Shown here one piece after another: positions 52,590-64,000 of a DNA stretch of 64,000 bases; position 1 is the stretch's first letter, and each line of letters opens with the position of its first letter. Source of the DNA: Lama guanicoe (lineage: Eukaryota); contig MU054323.1 of assembly GCA_013239625.1 (NCBI GenBank), positions 13,065,950 to 13,129,949 on the forward strand, written 5' to 3'. A program made the translations under genes and the position numbers. Under the pieces are notes generated by a model. That model worked only from the letters and a program-made list of their open reading frames with translations, was not told the DNA's origin and did not search any database.

Positions 52590-54044
52590 ATGGGTGTAGG
52601 AAGGAGGGAGGACTGGGAACTTGAAAAGGCCATGAGTAGCACTGAATTTAAAAGTCAGAATTTTTGGGGTTAAAATGCATTTCTAATGGTTAAGATTGAA
52701 ATATTTGTGGTATTGAATAACAGTGATCAGAGGGAGAATAATTTTCATTTTCTAAAGAAAATTGGGGTCAGAAGGGCTTCTGGTTTTCAAATTAAAGCAC
52801 AGTGTTTACATTTTTAAAAACTCATGTTTTGTAGCAGCTGGAGTTCTCTTGCATGTGACAGGTTTTTTAAAATTAAAAATTGTATTTTCATAAATTTTTT
52901 TCTGAAATGGGTCTGGTGGACAGTTGAACAAATGAAAACTGAAAACTAATTGCTGCCATGTACTTGATTATATTAGATCATCGAACAATAACAAGGATGT
53001 TTTGCATGTTCCTTTCATCCCCTTTTGGGAGATGATTAGGGACAAAATAATCAAACTGGTTATGGCGTGTAATTTAGTCTATACTTAAGAAAAATTTCAT
53101 TCTCCTAACCAAAAATCTTGTGGTGGCTTTTTCGCCTTGGAACTACAATGTTCATTCATCCATCAATCCATCCTGGTTCCTTGATGCTTTTGAGACGAAG
53201 ATGCAACATCACCAGTAAGTTTTACCTGTAAATGCTTTAGTACACATATCATTAACTAGAGGTCAGGCTTATCACTTACATGTAAGTTTTACATGCACTG
53301 AAAAGCTCAGTTTTTACGTGCACCTTTTGAATTTTAAGAAATGTATACACATTGCCTAAGAGGTCTTTTCTGCCTTTTCCCACGCAATCCTACCCTCTAT
53401 CCCAGAGAAAACTGCTCTTCTGTTCTTTTCATGATAGTTTGCCTTATTCTGAAACTTTGTATAAATAGAATCATACCCACTGTACTTTTTGTGTAAGGCT
53501 TCTTTTACTCACCATACTGTTTTTGAAATTCATTCATACTGTCATCTGAATAAGTAGTTCATCCCTTTTCATTGCTGAGTAGTATTCCATTGTATCAATA
53601 TACCAGTTTGTTTATCTATTCATCTGTTGAACACCTTGGTTGTTTTCAGTCTTTTTTGTGGACATATGCTTTTATTTCTGTTGGATAAATACCTAGGAAT
53701 GGAATTTCTATGTTGTAAGGTAGGTATATGTTTAGGTTGTTAAGAAACTCAGGCCTTTTCCAAAGTGATTGTACTATTTGGCTCTCCCACTGAAAGTTGC
53801 TCGATATCTGTGCCAACATATGATATTGTCAGTCTTCTGAATGTTTATTTCCTTCTGAGTGTATAGTAGCATATTTGCATTTTCTTGATGACTAATGATG
53901 GTAAATGGCTTTTAGTGAACACATTGGCCATCTGTATATTTTCCTTTGTGAAATGTGTGTTCAGTATTTTACCAATTCATTTATTGTTTTTTTTTCCCGT
54001 ATTGAGTTGAAATTCTTTATTGATAGACAATAAATAATTTTGGT

Positions 54045-54190
54045 GGGAAGGGTATAGCTCAGTGGTAGAGTGCATGCACCTAGCATGCACAGGGTCCTGG
54101 GTTCAATCCTCAGGACCTCCACCAAAAGTAATAAATGGATGAACCTAATTATCTTCTTGGCAAATTTTTTTTTAAAAGATTTAAAAAATA
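54045..54190 (+). mobile_element. tRNA-derived SINE (Vic-1-like)
   Basis: gggtatagctcagtggtagagtgcatgc...gtcctgggttcaatcctcaggacctcc...aacctaattatc. Confidence 0.88.
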
Positions 54191-54769
54191 AGAATATTTT
54201 TGATAAAAAATCTTGGCTGTCAGTCTTTTGTTAGGCATAACACTGCATTTTTTTTCCCTTCCCATTTGTGCCTAGTCCAATAACTTAATGTCTTTTGAGC
54301 AAGAATTCTTAATTTTGAAGTCAAATTTCTTCTGGAAATCTTATAGTTTTAACTTTTACATTTAAGTCTGTGATTAACTTTGAATTGTGTGCAAGGATTC
54401 AGGTTCTTTTTGTCCCCCCTGATGTCTAGTTGTTTAAGCATCATTTTGTGAGAAGTCTGTTTCCCTGTCAGAGTCCTTTGACACCTTTTATCAAAAATCA
54501 GTTCAGCTTATGTTTGTGTGATTCTTTGTGGTAATTATTAGCCTGTTCTATTTGTTGACCCTTACACTAGGATCAAACTGTTCTAAACACTGTACTTTCA
54601 AAAGTAAGTCTTTAAATCAAATTTTGTAAATCTTCCAAATTTGTTGATTTTCAGAACTGTTTTTTGAAGTTTGTAGACCCTTTGTATTTCCATATGAATT
54701 ATAGAATCAGCTTGTCCTGTTTATCTTTTTTTTTTAAAGCACAGTGGGATTACAGTTTGCATTGTCTTG

Positions 54770-55195
54770 AATCTGGAAACTCTGGTGTTTACCAGGTCAA
54801 AACTATTTTCATAATAATACTAAGGCATTATTTGCTTTCTTCCTCTCATTCTCTAAGGAGATTACGGTAGTTTTCCAGAAGCTGTATAATATGCAATATC
54901 GTGATAGACTGGATACAGAAATGGAAACAGGAAAATCCAGTTATCTTCTGTTGTGGTAAACATTAAAAATACTTGCAGAAATACAAAGCAGTGCAAATAT
55001 TTTAACTAAAATTTAGGAGGAATGAATTTTCATAAAAGTGTTAGCATTTAACGAGTATTAATTTAAAATATTTTCATTTAAAACTTTCCACATGGTAAAA
55101 TTTATGTAACCCACATAAATTGAAGCTTTCCAGAATCCTTAGTTATTTGAAAAACGTCAAGGAACCCAGAGCACAGAGTTAGAAAACTGCTGCTG
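54770..55195. mobile_element. Charlie1-family hAT deletion derivative
   Basis: aggtcaaaactattttcataataatactaag...gttttccagaagct...aatccagttatcttct...aacccacataaa...gaaaactgctg. Confidence 0.65.
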
Positions 55196-55499
55196 TAGAT
55201 CAGTTTGGAATAGTTGACACCTTAACATTACCCGTTCTTCCAGTTCATGAACATGGTATATCTACACATTTACTCATGTTTTGTAGTTTTCAGTGTAGAC
55301 AGTTTAAAGTATCTTCTGTTAAATGTCTTCCTAATGGTTGTGTGCTTTTGACTCTGTAAATGGAATAAAGTTTTACAGAGAATTTTCTAGTAATCTGCTG
55401 CTAATATATAGAAAAACACTTGATGTATATTTGTTGACCTTGTATCTTGCAAACTTGCTAACCTCAGACATCAGTCTGGTGGTAGCTTTTTAAGAACTG

Positions 55500-55950
55500 A
55501 AGAGTGTGAGATCTTGTCCTGATTGCAAGCTAACAAGTTAGCCTCCCACAGTTTCAGGGATGATGACAGAAAACTCGAGAATCCCGAGCCAGAGACCGAG
55601 GACTTCATTACGGCACAGCAGGTAGCGTGACCTTCGTGTGCACGCTGGCTCCCCATAGCTCCTAAGTCCCATGGGGAAACGGCCAGATGCATGCTGCTGA
55701 CTTGATGGGTTTGTGTCACAAGCAGGGAACCCTGAGCTTAGGAAATCCCATTTTCTACAAGGAGCTGCTAGCAAGCCTTGCCTAATCTTGAAGGAGATGT
55801 TCTTTCTCTTTTCCTGGACAAAAACAAATCAGCCCTTTGCTCCACAGGGAGACACTATCTCTGTCTCACAAGGCTGTGGGCTATCCAGATATGCTTGAAA
55901 AGATCAAGAAGAACAGAAACACAAGAGAGTGTGTTTCTCTTTCTGACTAC
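55500..55950. mobile_element. Possible ERV-type solo LTR
   Basis: Abrupt shift to more GC-rich sequence of LTR size at the end of an AT-rich L1 fragment. Family not identified. Confidence 0.4.
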
Positions 55951-57374
55951 CACTATAGTTTTTTTCTGGTTTTCCCATTCTAACCTCTTCAACTGGATTT
56001 ATCTTTTATACAGGGGCTACATCTGATAGCTCCCCAGATCTTGTTTTGAAATATTTCCCTATTCATTGGGGGTTTGGTTCCTGTAGTCTTAGATTCATGT
56101 TACTCTGACTGCCTTAAGCTCACTGTGTTTCTCTAGCATCATGTCTCATACTTTCTATCTGTGACCCTAACACTCAGCCCCACTCTGACTTTGGGTAGTT
56201 CTCTTCCCTGTCTTGTTGTCATGTGTCCCTTCTGCCTCTCCAAACCTTACCTCTTTCAAAGCATACATCAAACTAGATCAAACCCTTCCTTTTTATATAC
56301 TTCTCCAACCTGTTCACTCTCCCCACAACCATTCATTTTTCTCTTTTCTAAGTAACTAGCACAACCAGAAATTGGAATGAAAGCTTAGAAGACTAACATT
56401 GAAGTATTAATGGCTTATGATAATGCTCCTTAATAAGTTCTAGCAATCTAACCAATGCTTCCTTTATCCATCTAGTTTGAGCTACTGGGGAGATTTGGGC
56501 ACTCAATCCTTATCTTATTGGCAGGTTCCCAGGCCAGCATGTTAAGGAAGACGGCCCAGGAATAGGATGGGAGAGTTAAGTTGGATAGACGTTTTCCCCT
56601 GCGACCCTGGAGCAGGCACACAGAAAGGATGGAAATCATGCTCACCTAAAGCTAGGTGTCTCTGCACGGGGTCTGTGTCCTTGCTATTTTACCAGCAGGA
56701 GGTGATGAGGCTGTGCAGTTCAATTCCTGCTCTTACAGGGTGTGGCTGGCTTTCTTCTCTGAACCATGTCTGCCCCTAGTAACCCTCAGTCTTGGTCAAA
56801 GAGAATGATCTTCCCAGTTAGAGGGGCTGTTCTTTGCTAAATGACTGATTTTTTTTTTTCCTGGCCTCATCTGCTGTTTCCTGGAACACGCTACCCTGGG
56901 CTGTCCACAACAGTGTTAAGTATCAGACAGGCCAGAGTTCAATTCCTGCTCTGCTATTTACCAGTAGTAGGACTGGTGGGAAATCATGTACTCTGTCTGA
57001 ACTTCAGTGTTCTTACTGGGGAATAATATCACCTATGCCATAATATTATAGAGAGGATTTAACAGTAAAGCTCCAGGATCATTACTTGGGATGTTAGTCC
57101 ATAGATGGTGGTGGTTACCGTGATAACAACCGGACCAGTAATCAGGTGTCAGGGAATTTGTCATTCGAAGCTTCTCTGGAGGCAAATGGGCTAGACCTCG
57201 GCAAAAAGTGTGTGAAATGGGCAAGATTTATCTGTGACATCTCTAATCCCGCTTTTCTTCATTCTTTGTTGATATCACGTCCACTCCCTCACAGACCCAG
57301 TGGTATTCTGCTTTCTGTCCACCTTCCTCAAACGGAAGGGGTAAGATTCTGATGATGACATAAGCGTGCGGATG

Positions 57375-59660
57375 GATCCAAATCTCATGTAGATCGATAG
57401 TTAGCTGCCTGTTTTTGTACTGCCTGTGAGTAGGAATGTTTTTTCATTTTAAAGTGACTGAAACAAATCAAAAGAATAATGTTTTATGACATATAATGTG
57501 AAAATTTATGAAACTTAAGTTTCATGAGCTTTGCCAGAAGTGAAGTGTTGTTGGAGCACAGCCATGCTCATTTGTTTACATGCTGTCTATAGCTGCTTTC
57601 TGGCTGCACTAGCAAAAAGTTGAGCAGTTGTGACAGAGGCTGCGTAGAGCTCCCTCGTCACTTAGCCCTGCTGCCCCAAGCACTGCACGTCAGTGACGCG
57701 GGTATCACTCAACAGTGTTGACTGCCATGTGTATTGCTGTACAGTGACATGTGACTTCTTTATGATTATTGCATTTCCTTGATGTCAAAACAAGGAGAGA
57801 GGAGAAAAGCCGGCTCTGAGTGGTGTGCTTTAAAGGCACAGTGGAGTGTGGGTTACTTTGTTACTGATGAGATGGCAAAACATCGTGTTTATTACGTGAT
57901 GACAGGATGACTGCCCTGAAAGAATATACATCTCCATCAGCAGATTAAGCACTCATTACAATATGTCCAGCTCACAGGAAGGCAACAGCAAAAAATGGGA
58001 AAACTTAAAACCAAAGTATCTCATTACCACCGAGTTTCTTCCCAAAAATAAAAACTGAAAATGAGGTGCAGCCAGTGTAAGTTTCCAAGTGGCTTGTTTG
58101 TTAGCCCAGCCAGAAAAGCCATTTGATGGTGAGTTAATGAAAACATGTTTGATTGCAGCAGCTGAAGAAATGTGTTCAGAGAGAACAAAACTGTTCAGAC
58201 CATGAGCCTTAAGGGGAGAACAGTTGTGAGAAGAGTTGAGCACTCTGGGCTCAGTGTCAGTAGTTAATTAACAAGGCAAATGGTTTTGGATGGTTTTCCT
58301 TGGCATTTGATGAGATGACAGATAACTACCAGTATGGCTCAGTTGCTGTTTTCTTGAGGGATCAATGTAGAGTTTGAAGAGACAGAAAAGAGCCTCTTTG
58401 AATGTCCTGTAGAGAACAGCTGCAGGTGAGAATATTTTCAAAGAAATTAAGAAAACATGAATTCAGTACAGTCTGAAGTGGAATCTGCTAAGATGGTTTA
58501 GATGGTGACAAAAATGTGTGCAAAGCAGAAAAAGGTTTAGTTGGATAAATCTACAAAGCTTGTGAAAATGTAAGGTATTTAAAGACTTTGGCTGTTGTTA
58601 TCGCCAGGACTTCCAAAATACTTGAATTTGTCTTGCTGTTGAACAGGTGATGCCAGTGAACTTTATTTGTTCTCTTAGGGTAGTCCTTTGAATTTTTGTT
58701 GGAAATGGAAGCTGGATATCCTCATTCGCTGTACTACGCAAACAGTCTGATGGCTTAACAGTAGTAAAAGTGTTTGTTGGTTCTTTGCAAAAATTATTAT
58801 GCTCAGTGCTGAGGTGAAAATTCTTAACAGGAAGAACTGCCTGTAGCCAGTATTTTTGAACATTGAAAGCTTTGGACATAAGCTTTCGCTGCGGACTTTA
58901 TAATGAATTCAACTTAAAACTACAAGGCAAAACAACTTACAGGTAAAACTTAATATTGAAGTAGTCATTTAGATGACAGCCAGTATTTGACTCACTAGTA
59001 ATATCAAGCTGTTAAGGTACTTCTATGATGTCAAAAGTTAAAATAAGAGATCTCTGTTCCCAAAACAGGTTATAGTGGATACATTTCCTAAACTAAGTAC
59101 CAGTAGAGGTTTTCAGACCTCAGTGCAAGTACTAAGGAAATTTCTGTATTTCCAAATCCATTTAACTGTGCAAATGAGGAACTTCTACGTAATTTCAATT
59201 GGAAGTGAAGAATCTGCAATATAATGACATGCTAAAAGAAAAATATCAAGAGAAACATTTAACAGAATGTATTAAATGCCAGACTGGTGATGAATATGCT
59301 TAACTAAAATCCTGTGCTTATGGTTGTCAGCATTTGGTATTGCCTGTTTGTGTGAAAAGACATTGCAAAGATGAAGTACGTAGAATTGCATTACAGATCA
59401 GTATTGACAGATTAACATTTACAATTGAGTTTGATAAGGGACACTGACTTTGAAGCACAGTTAAGCAAATTGTCATCCCCCGAATAGGGTATCATTCTTC
59501 ACATTAGGAGGCTTATATTACAAATAATTGTACCCTGTTATTTTTCAAATTTTGTCAAATCAGTGAGACATTTTCTTTTAAGTATATCCTTTATTCTTGC
59601 CCTGCAAAACCTAAAATATTTACTGTGTGGCCTTCAATCGAAAAAGTTTGCTAACCTCTG
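57375..59660 (+). mobile_element. Near-full-length hAT DNA transposon fossil (Cheshire-like, autonomous partner of MER58)
   Basis: MER58-type left subterminal (gctgcctgtttttgta...ggagcacagccatgctcatt...gctgctttc) and right end (aaaatatttactgtgtggcc...aaaaagtttgctaacctctg) enclosing transposase remnants. Confidence 0.85.
57782..59490 (+). pseudogene. Degenerate hAT (Charlie-type) transposase
   Basis: MSKQGERRK...KAQWSVGYFV from 57782, WFSLAFDEMTD at 58291-58323, V*WLNSSK from 58745, and SAFGIACLCEKT...KMKYVELHYRSVLTD at about 59327-59412. Many frameshifts and stops. Confidence 0.85.
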
Positions 59661-60267
59661 TTTTTTATCAGTGTTCACTTATTCCAACTATCCATGCTTG
59701 GAGAATGAATGCTTTTGTGTTCTGATAAAGGTCTATTTCAAAAACCAACGGTGCTGAAGGAAATTCTGTTTGAGGCTGAGGTAGCTTTGCTCTACAAGTT
59801 ATGCTCACCGAAATTTTACTCTTGTTCTTAAATTGCACTGAGGGCAGAGCACAAAACAAGAGGATTGATCTCTCTTCCTGTACTCATTGGGTGGTCCTGC
59901 TCTCCAGAGAGGATGGCCCCACTCAAGGCCAGGTTTCTGAGAGTTCAGATTGAGGAGGGGGAGGATGCTGCTGGCTCTGTCCACTGACTCCCCCCGCCAC
60001 TCCACTGAGCCCCAGCCCTGTCTGCCCCTCCTTCGGGTCATGGAAACACACCTCCAATCCCTCAGGATCCAGCCTCCGCGGGCCAGTTTCCATTCTTGCC
60101 CTTCCCCCTGGACAGTCCCATTGGGTCTGGAGGATGGTGTTACGTCCTAGGAAGTCAAAGCTGCTTGCCTGGAGTTCCTGCTGTTTCCCAAGCCTTCCCT
60201 GGAAAGAAGAGGGAAGAGGAAGCTTGTCACAGTGGCCTTGCGGCCCTCGAAACCCATGGAGAGGAGA

Positions 60268-60313
60268 GCGTGTGCACGCGCGTGTGCTCGCGAGCACACA
60301 CATGCGCACGCGC
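60268..60313. repeat. Imperfect 46 bp palindrome, mostly alternating purine-pyrimidine and CpG-rich
   Basis: Perfect 18 bp core gtgtgctcgcgagcacac at 60282-60299. 18 of 23 positions pair Watson-Crick. Confidence 0.85.
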
Positions 60314-61436
60314 AGTAGTCTGAAAGGCATGGGTCTGGATTATTCTCAGGCCTCATACTTGGGTTCCCACAGCACAGAGGTCTGCTCACAGACTAGTCTT
60401 ACTGCTAAAAAAAACAATCATAGAGCAGAGCCCTGAATACCGTGCAGTTCCAGTGTCAGCCTCTTAGTTCCCTCTTTCTTCCCTCTCTCTTGTCCACAGA
60501 TTCCTACTGTCATTACTATTTTGTGCAGTTTCTCTGGGTTATTCATAGGGAATGGGTGGGTGCGGTGCTTTGGATTTCCTCAGAATATCAGACACTCCGG
60601 AGTGCGGGAAACAGCTCACAGCCCAAAGGAAGCTCTGGGAGAACTTGATCTTTTGATTCTGTTGAAAGGTGAGCACAGCGTGTGGGAAAGTGACTCACTG
60701 ATGTGACTTCACCACTGCCCTCGTTTTAAACTTCTTACAGTGGAAGCATAACCCAGTTCTGACAAAGATTTTCAGCCTGCACTGGACCTGCCTTTGACTC
60801 AGTGATGTGTCACATTCTCTCTGCAGGAAACTTGCATTCTTAACACCAGTCATCATGGTCCTGGCAAGAAACCTTTTGGAGAGGTGTTGGTATGTGGTAG
60901 ATTTATTTTTTTTTCCAGCTGCCCACGAAAAAACAAACTCAGAAATGTCTTCCCCCCACCCCCCCTTTGAAAAGTTTGTTGGAAGAGTTTGTCATTTCTC
61001 CGTCTGGCATTGTTGGTTACTTGCCCTGCCAAGGATAGTTTGTTTAGGGCCACGGCAAGGTGACTGTGGCCCTAAGTGAAGGGTAAAATAAACTGGGGCG
61101 GCATGCCTGTCTGGGAAGATGGAACTTCTTAGCTGGTGTTAGGTGGTGGGTGGCTAGCCATGGCTGGTGGCCACAGGTCCTTACTTCAAGTGTGGCTGGA
61201 TTTGCTTGAAGAGGCCCTTTAATTGGTGCCTGCCCAGTTCCCCAACTAAGTGGTTACCTCTTCACCGTTGAGTGGTTTTGTGCCAGGAGAATGCCTAGAC
61301 TTGCTCACCCACGTTGGGAACTTCCCCAAAGCCTGAGGACCACACCTAATTTACAAGAAGCAAGCCTCTATTCCAGTCTTCAGTTTATTCTTATAGCTCC
61401 TGGAAGAAGCGTGTTCTCACTGGTTCCTTCACTTCT

Positions 61437-61504
61437 TCTTCTTCTTTTTTTTTAAAACATTTTTTATTGATTTATAATCATTTTACAGTGTTGTGTAAAT
61501 TCCA
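61437..61504 (-). mobile_element. Ultra-short L1 3'-end insertion
   Basis: Same terminal motif as 20647-20812 (aacatttttttattga...tcattttaca.tgttgtgt.aattcca). TSD tccttcacttct / tccttcatttct. Confidence 0.75.
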
Positions 61505-61964
61505 TCCTTCATTTCTAATTTATAGATTCCTTGCAAGCAGATCTGTGAAGGCAGGACTGTGTCTTCTTGTGTGTCTCCCTGTGGTGGTAGCTCAGAGCAG
61601 ACCCCAGTAGAGGAGGCAGGATGGTGTGGGAGCACTATACCTGTGTAGTGGTCGGGAACCAGATCAGAACTTTGGGTTGGCCACTAGCTGTAAGATCTTG
61701 ACCCAAAGTGTTCATACCTCTGGGCCTCATTCACTAGAAAAGAGTCACTTGTTCTGCCCGCTCTCAAAAGGAGGGGATTCCACAAGAGCTTGAGTACCAG
61801 GAGGTAGGGGTCGTTGGAGTCATCTTGGAGACTGTCTAGCACAGTACCTAGGAAGTGGGCTGATGAGTGGGCTGTGGAGCAGGAGCTGTACCAGTGGTAA
61901 AGGCCAGAGAAAAATCAGAAGAGTGTGGTCCCACAGACTAATAGAAAGGAAGAAAATTGAAGTA

Positions 61965-62350
61965 TAAGTAAGGTTACCATGTAACAAAACTTCTACTCTC
62001 AGGGACTTAAAAAGAACAAAGATCTGTTTCTTGGTCGTGCAAATACTTGTCGCAGATTGCTTTGGGCTATATGTCACATAATCACCCCTGGGCCATGTCC
62101 ATGAACCTAAGCTGACAGAGCTTGGGAAATTCTCACTCTCTGAAACATTGCTGGTTCCCATGGCAGAGGGGAGAAGTTAGGGAGAGCCATGCATTGGCTC
62201 TCAACATTTCAGCCTAGGTTATTTTCTTTCCCATTTTATTGGCATAAATGATGTGATATGGCCTACCTCACCTCAAAGGCAGTGAGGACATGTACTCTTA
62301 TTATGTGTCCAGAGAGTGGTGATTCAGAGACATGTGGTGATCAGCACCAG
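61965..62350 (-). mobile_element. Old MLT1-type LTR
   Basis: gtaacaaaac...tctcagggacttaaaaagaacaaagatctgtttcttg...catggcagagggga...attttattggc. Confidence 0.55.
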
Positions 62351-64000
62351 TGTCAACCCTGGAGGGAAGAGTTGTGCAGGTCACCCTCCACAGGGAGGGC
62401 AGCATGAGGACTGAACCTGGTGTTGGAACTGGCAGTGATGTGGTCCTTGCTGGTCTTGGGCAGGGCAGTGGTTGCGGAGAGAATGGCAGATGAGGAAGTG
62501 GAGAGAGCTAGGGGGAAGAAATCATAGAAATAGCTTTGCCAGGCAGAAAAGAAGCCCTAATCACTAGTCTTTCTGCATTCTTTTTGATTTAATCATTGAC
62601 AGTTATCATGGTTGGGTTTTTTTTTTTAATTGTGTATCAGATAAATCTTAGCAGATTACTCCTTACCTGTGAAGCACTGGTGTGCACTTACGCTTTGATA
62701 ATCTCAGAAATAACCAGTGGGAGTTGAGTGAGTCTTGTGGTTCCTTTTCAGTATTGCATTCAAACAAGAAATCACTCCTTTTTATAAGTTTTCCTGTTGG
62801 GCCAAAGTCAGGGGATTATGAGAACTGCCAAGTTTTTTGGGGGAATTGACTTTACGTTTGTTTTTATTTTATGTTGCCTTTTTTATTAAGTGTGTTTGTA
62901 AGTTTCAAAATGATTAAGTCTACTTCAGTCTCCAAATTGGCTCTAAAACATCAGTTACCCATTTTTGCTGAGTTCAGTGTTAAAGTAGGATATGTGAAAG
63001 GGCTTGGTGAGTTCTAAACATACAGATAAGTTGTTGCCACTTTTTTTTTAGTATTATTTTTTGGTGGTCAGGAGGTAATGTAGTGCACTTTTTATTCCTC
63101 TTGTGAGCCAATGTTCTGAAGTCAAGATGCAGGTGATCTGAAGCTGGAAATTGAGGGATCACAGCCCTTCAAGAAGTAGATTGTCTCAGTCTCCCACTTT
63201 TTAGGCAGTAGAATATCAAGTAACAGGTAAGGGCTGGAGAGAGCTGACTTCTGAAATAAAAGTAAATATTGCATAAATATTTTGATTTCCTACTAATTAA
63301 CTTAGCCTTGTGATTTTTTTCAGCCTCAAAATTTGGAATGCAGTAAGATTATTAGTATAACTTGAAATCATCCTGAGATAACTGCAAAAAGCATTTGTTG
63401 GTTCCATCAAAAAAATGGACATTATTCAGCTGTGACTGTTATGTTGGCATGATGTTTATGAAAAATTCCTTCCCACCTTCTTGGCAAGATGCAACAATGA
63501 TGGACTGTAAAAGTGCACCGTTAAAATGGCCTGTGTGTGTTTGAACCTGCATCTGACTTTGAAGTTACCCAGCTCCCTGTTAACAATTAACCAATTTTGC
63601 TGGGGGTGTGTGTTTTATTCAATGGGGGTTATTAAACTTAATACTCAAAGCAAGTGATAAACTTCATACTTCTTAGAATATGATGGTATTCTGATAAAAT
63701 TCATTTTCAGGTGCTTAAAAGTGAAACACTTTAGCAAGCATATCCTTCTAAGGATCATTTTTTATACGTTGGGCCATTTTTTCCCCAGATTATTATATAC
63801 TTTGTTCAGTGATTGAATTATTAGTGAACAGATTTAGGCAACCAAAGCTTTCTGATTTCCTGGTAATAAATTAAACCTCTTTGAGTTGTTGAAATGATTA
63901 CTGGTCCTCTGTGCTGATGCACCAACAGTAAGAAAGGGGTATCAAGGATATGGTTGGAGTTACGTATATTTTGACTATGAGTAAGTTGGGAGAGATTTGT

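Larger units (their letters stand above)
53280..55490 (-). mobile_element. Old L1 3' region hosting a SINE and a Charlie1-like element
   Basis: ttcattgctgagtagtattccattgtat, taaatacctaggaatggaatt, tgtatttccatatgaattatagaatcagcttgtc and ttgaccttgtatcttgcaaacttgctaa motifs. Confidence 0.7.
16182..64000 (+). other. LTBP1: LTBP1 intron downstream of the exon (partial, more than 47 kb)
   Basis: Begins gtgagt. I did not see the expected next-exon peptide (VTPLSSQ-like, recalled) in the ORF track or on reading, though a short exon could be missed. Confidence 0.75.

Noticed and set aside
54045..54125. tRNA-like sequence with A and B boxes (also near 4715-4785, 25090-25160 and 41480-41540)
   Set aside because: These are SINE heads with shared tails and, for several copies, TSDs, not tRNA genes.
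1..64000. CRISPR-like arrays, operons or a novel multi-gene system
   Set aside because: I saw no regularly spaced repeat-spacer array or dense coding region. The content is explained by one mammalian exon plus intronic repeats.

Overview
Mammalian genomic DNA, most likely camelid because of several tRNA-derived Vic-1-like SINEs. The window lies inside the LTBP1 gene (+ strand). It holds one supportable coding exon (15890-16181: an EGF-like module plus a Pro/Ser-rich linker of the long-isoform N-terminus), and the rest is intron. The introns are dense with transposon fossils: a 4.9 kb 5'-truncated antisense LINE-1 with a target-site duplication (TSD) nested in an older L1, a near-full-length hAT DNA transposon (Cheshire/MER58 family) with a readable but broken transposase, MER58/MER5/MER33/MER2/Charlie1-like elements, MaLR LTRs, MIR/L2 and SINEs. 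Apart from the exon and the L1 fragments, I recognised no protein in the ORF track and treat those ORFs as noise. I found no convincing undescribed biological system. The best leads are modest: a CpG-rich palindrome with a nearby transcription-factor motif cluster at about 60.3-60.8 kb, the Cheshire fossil, and datable nested insertions. Gene and repeat names come from recalled sequences, not from a database search, and most repeat boundaries are approximate.
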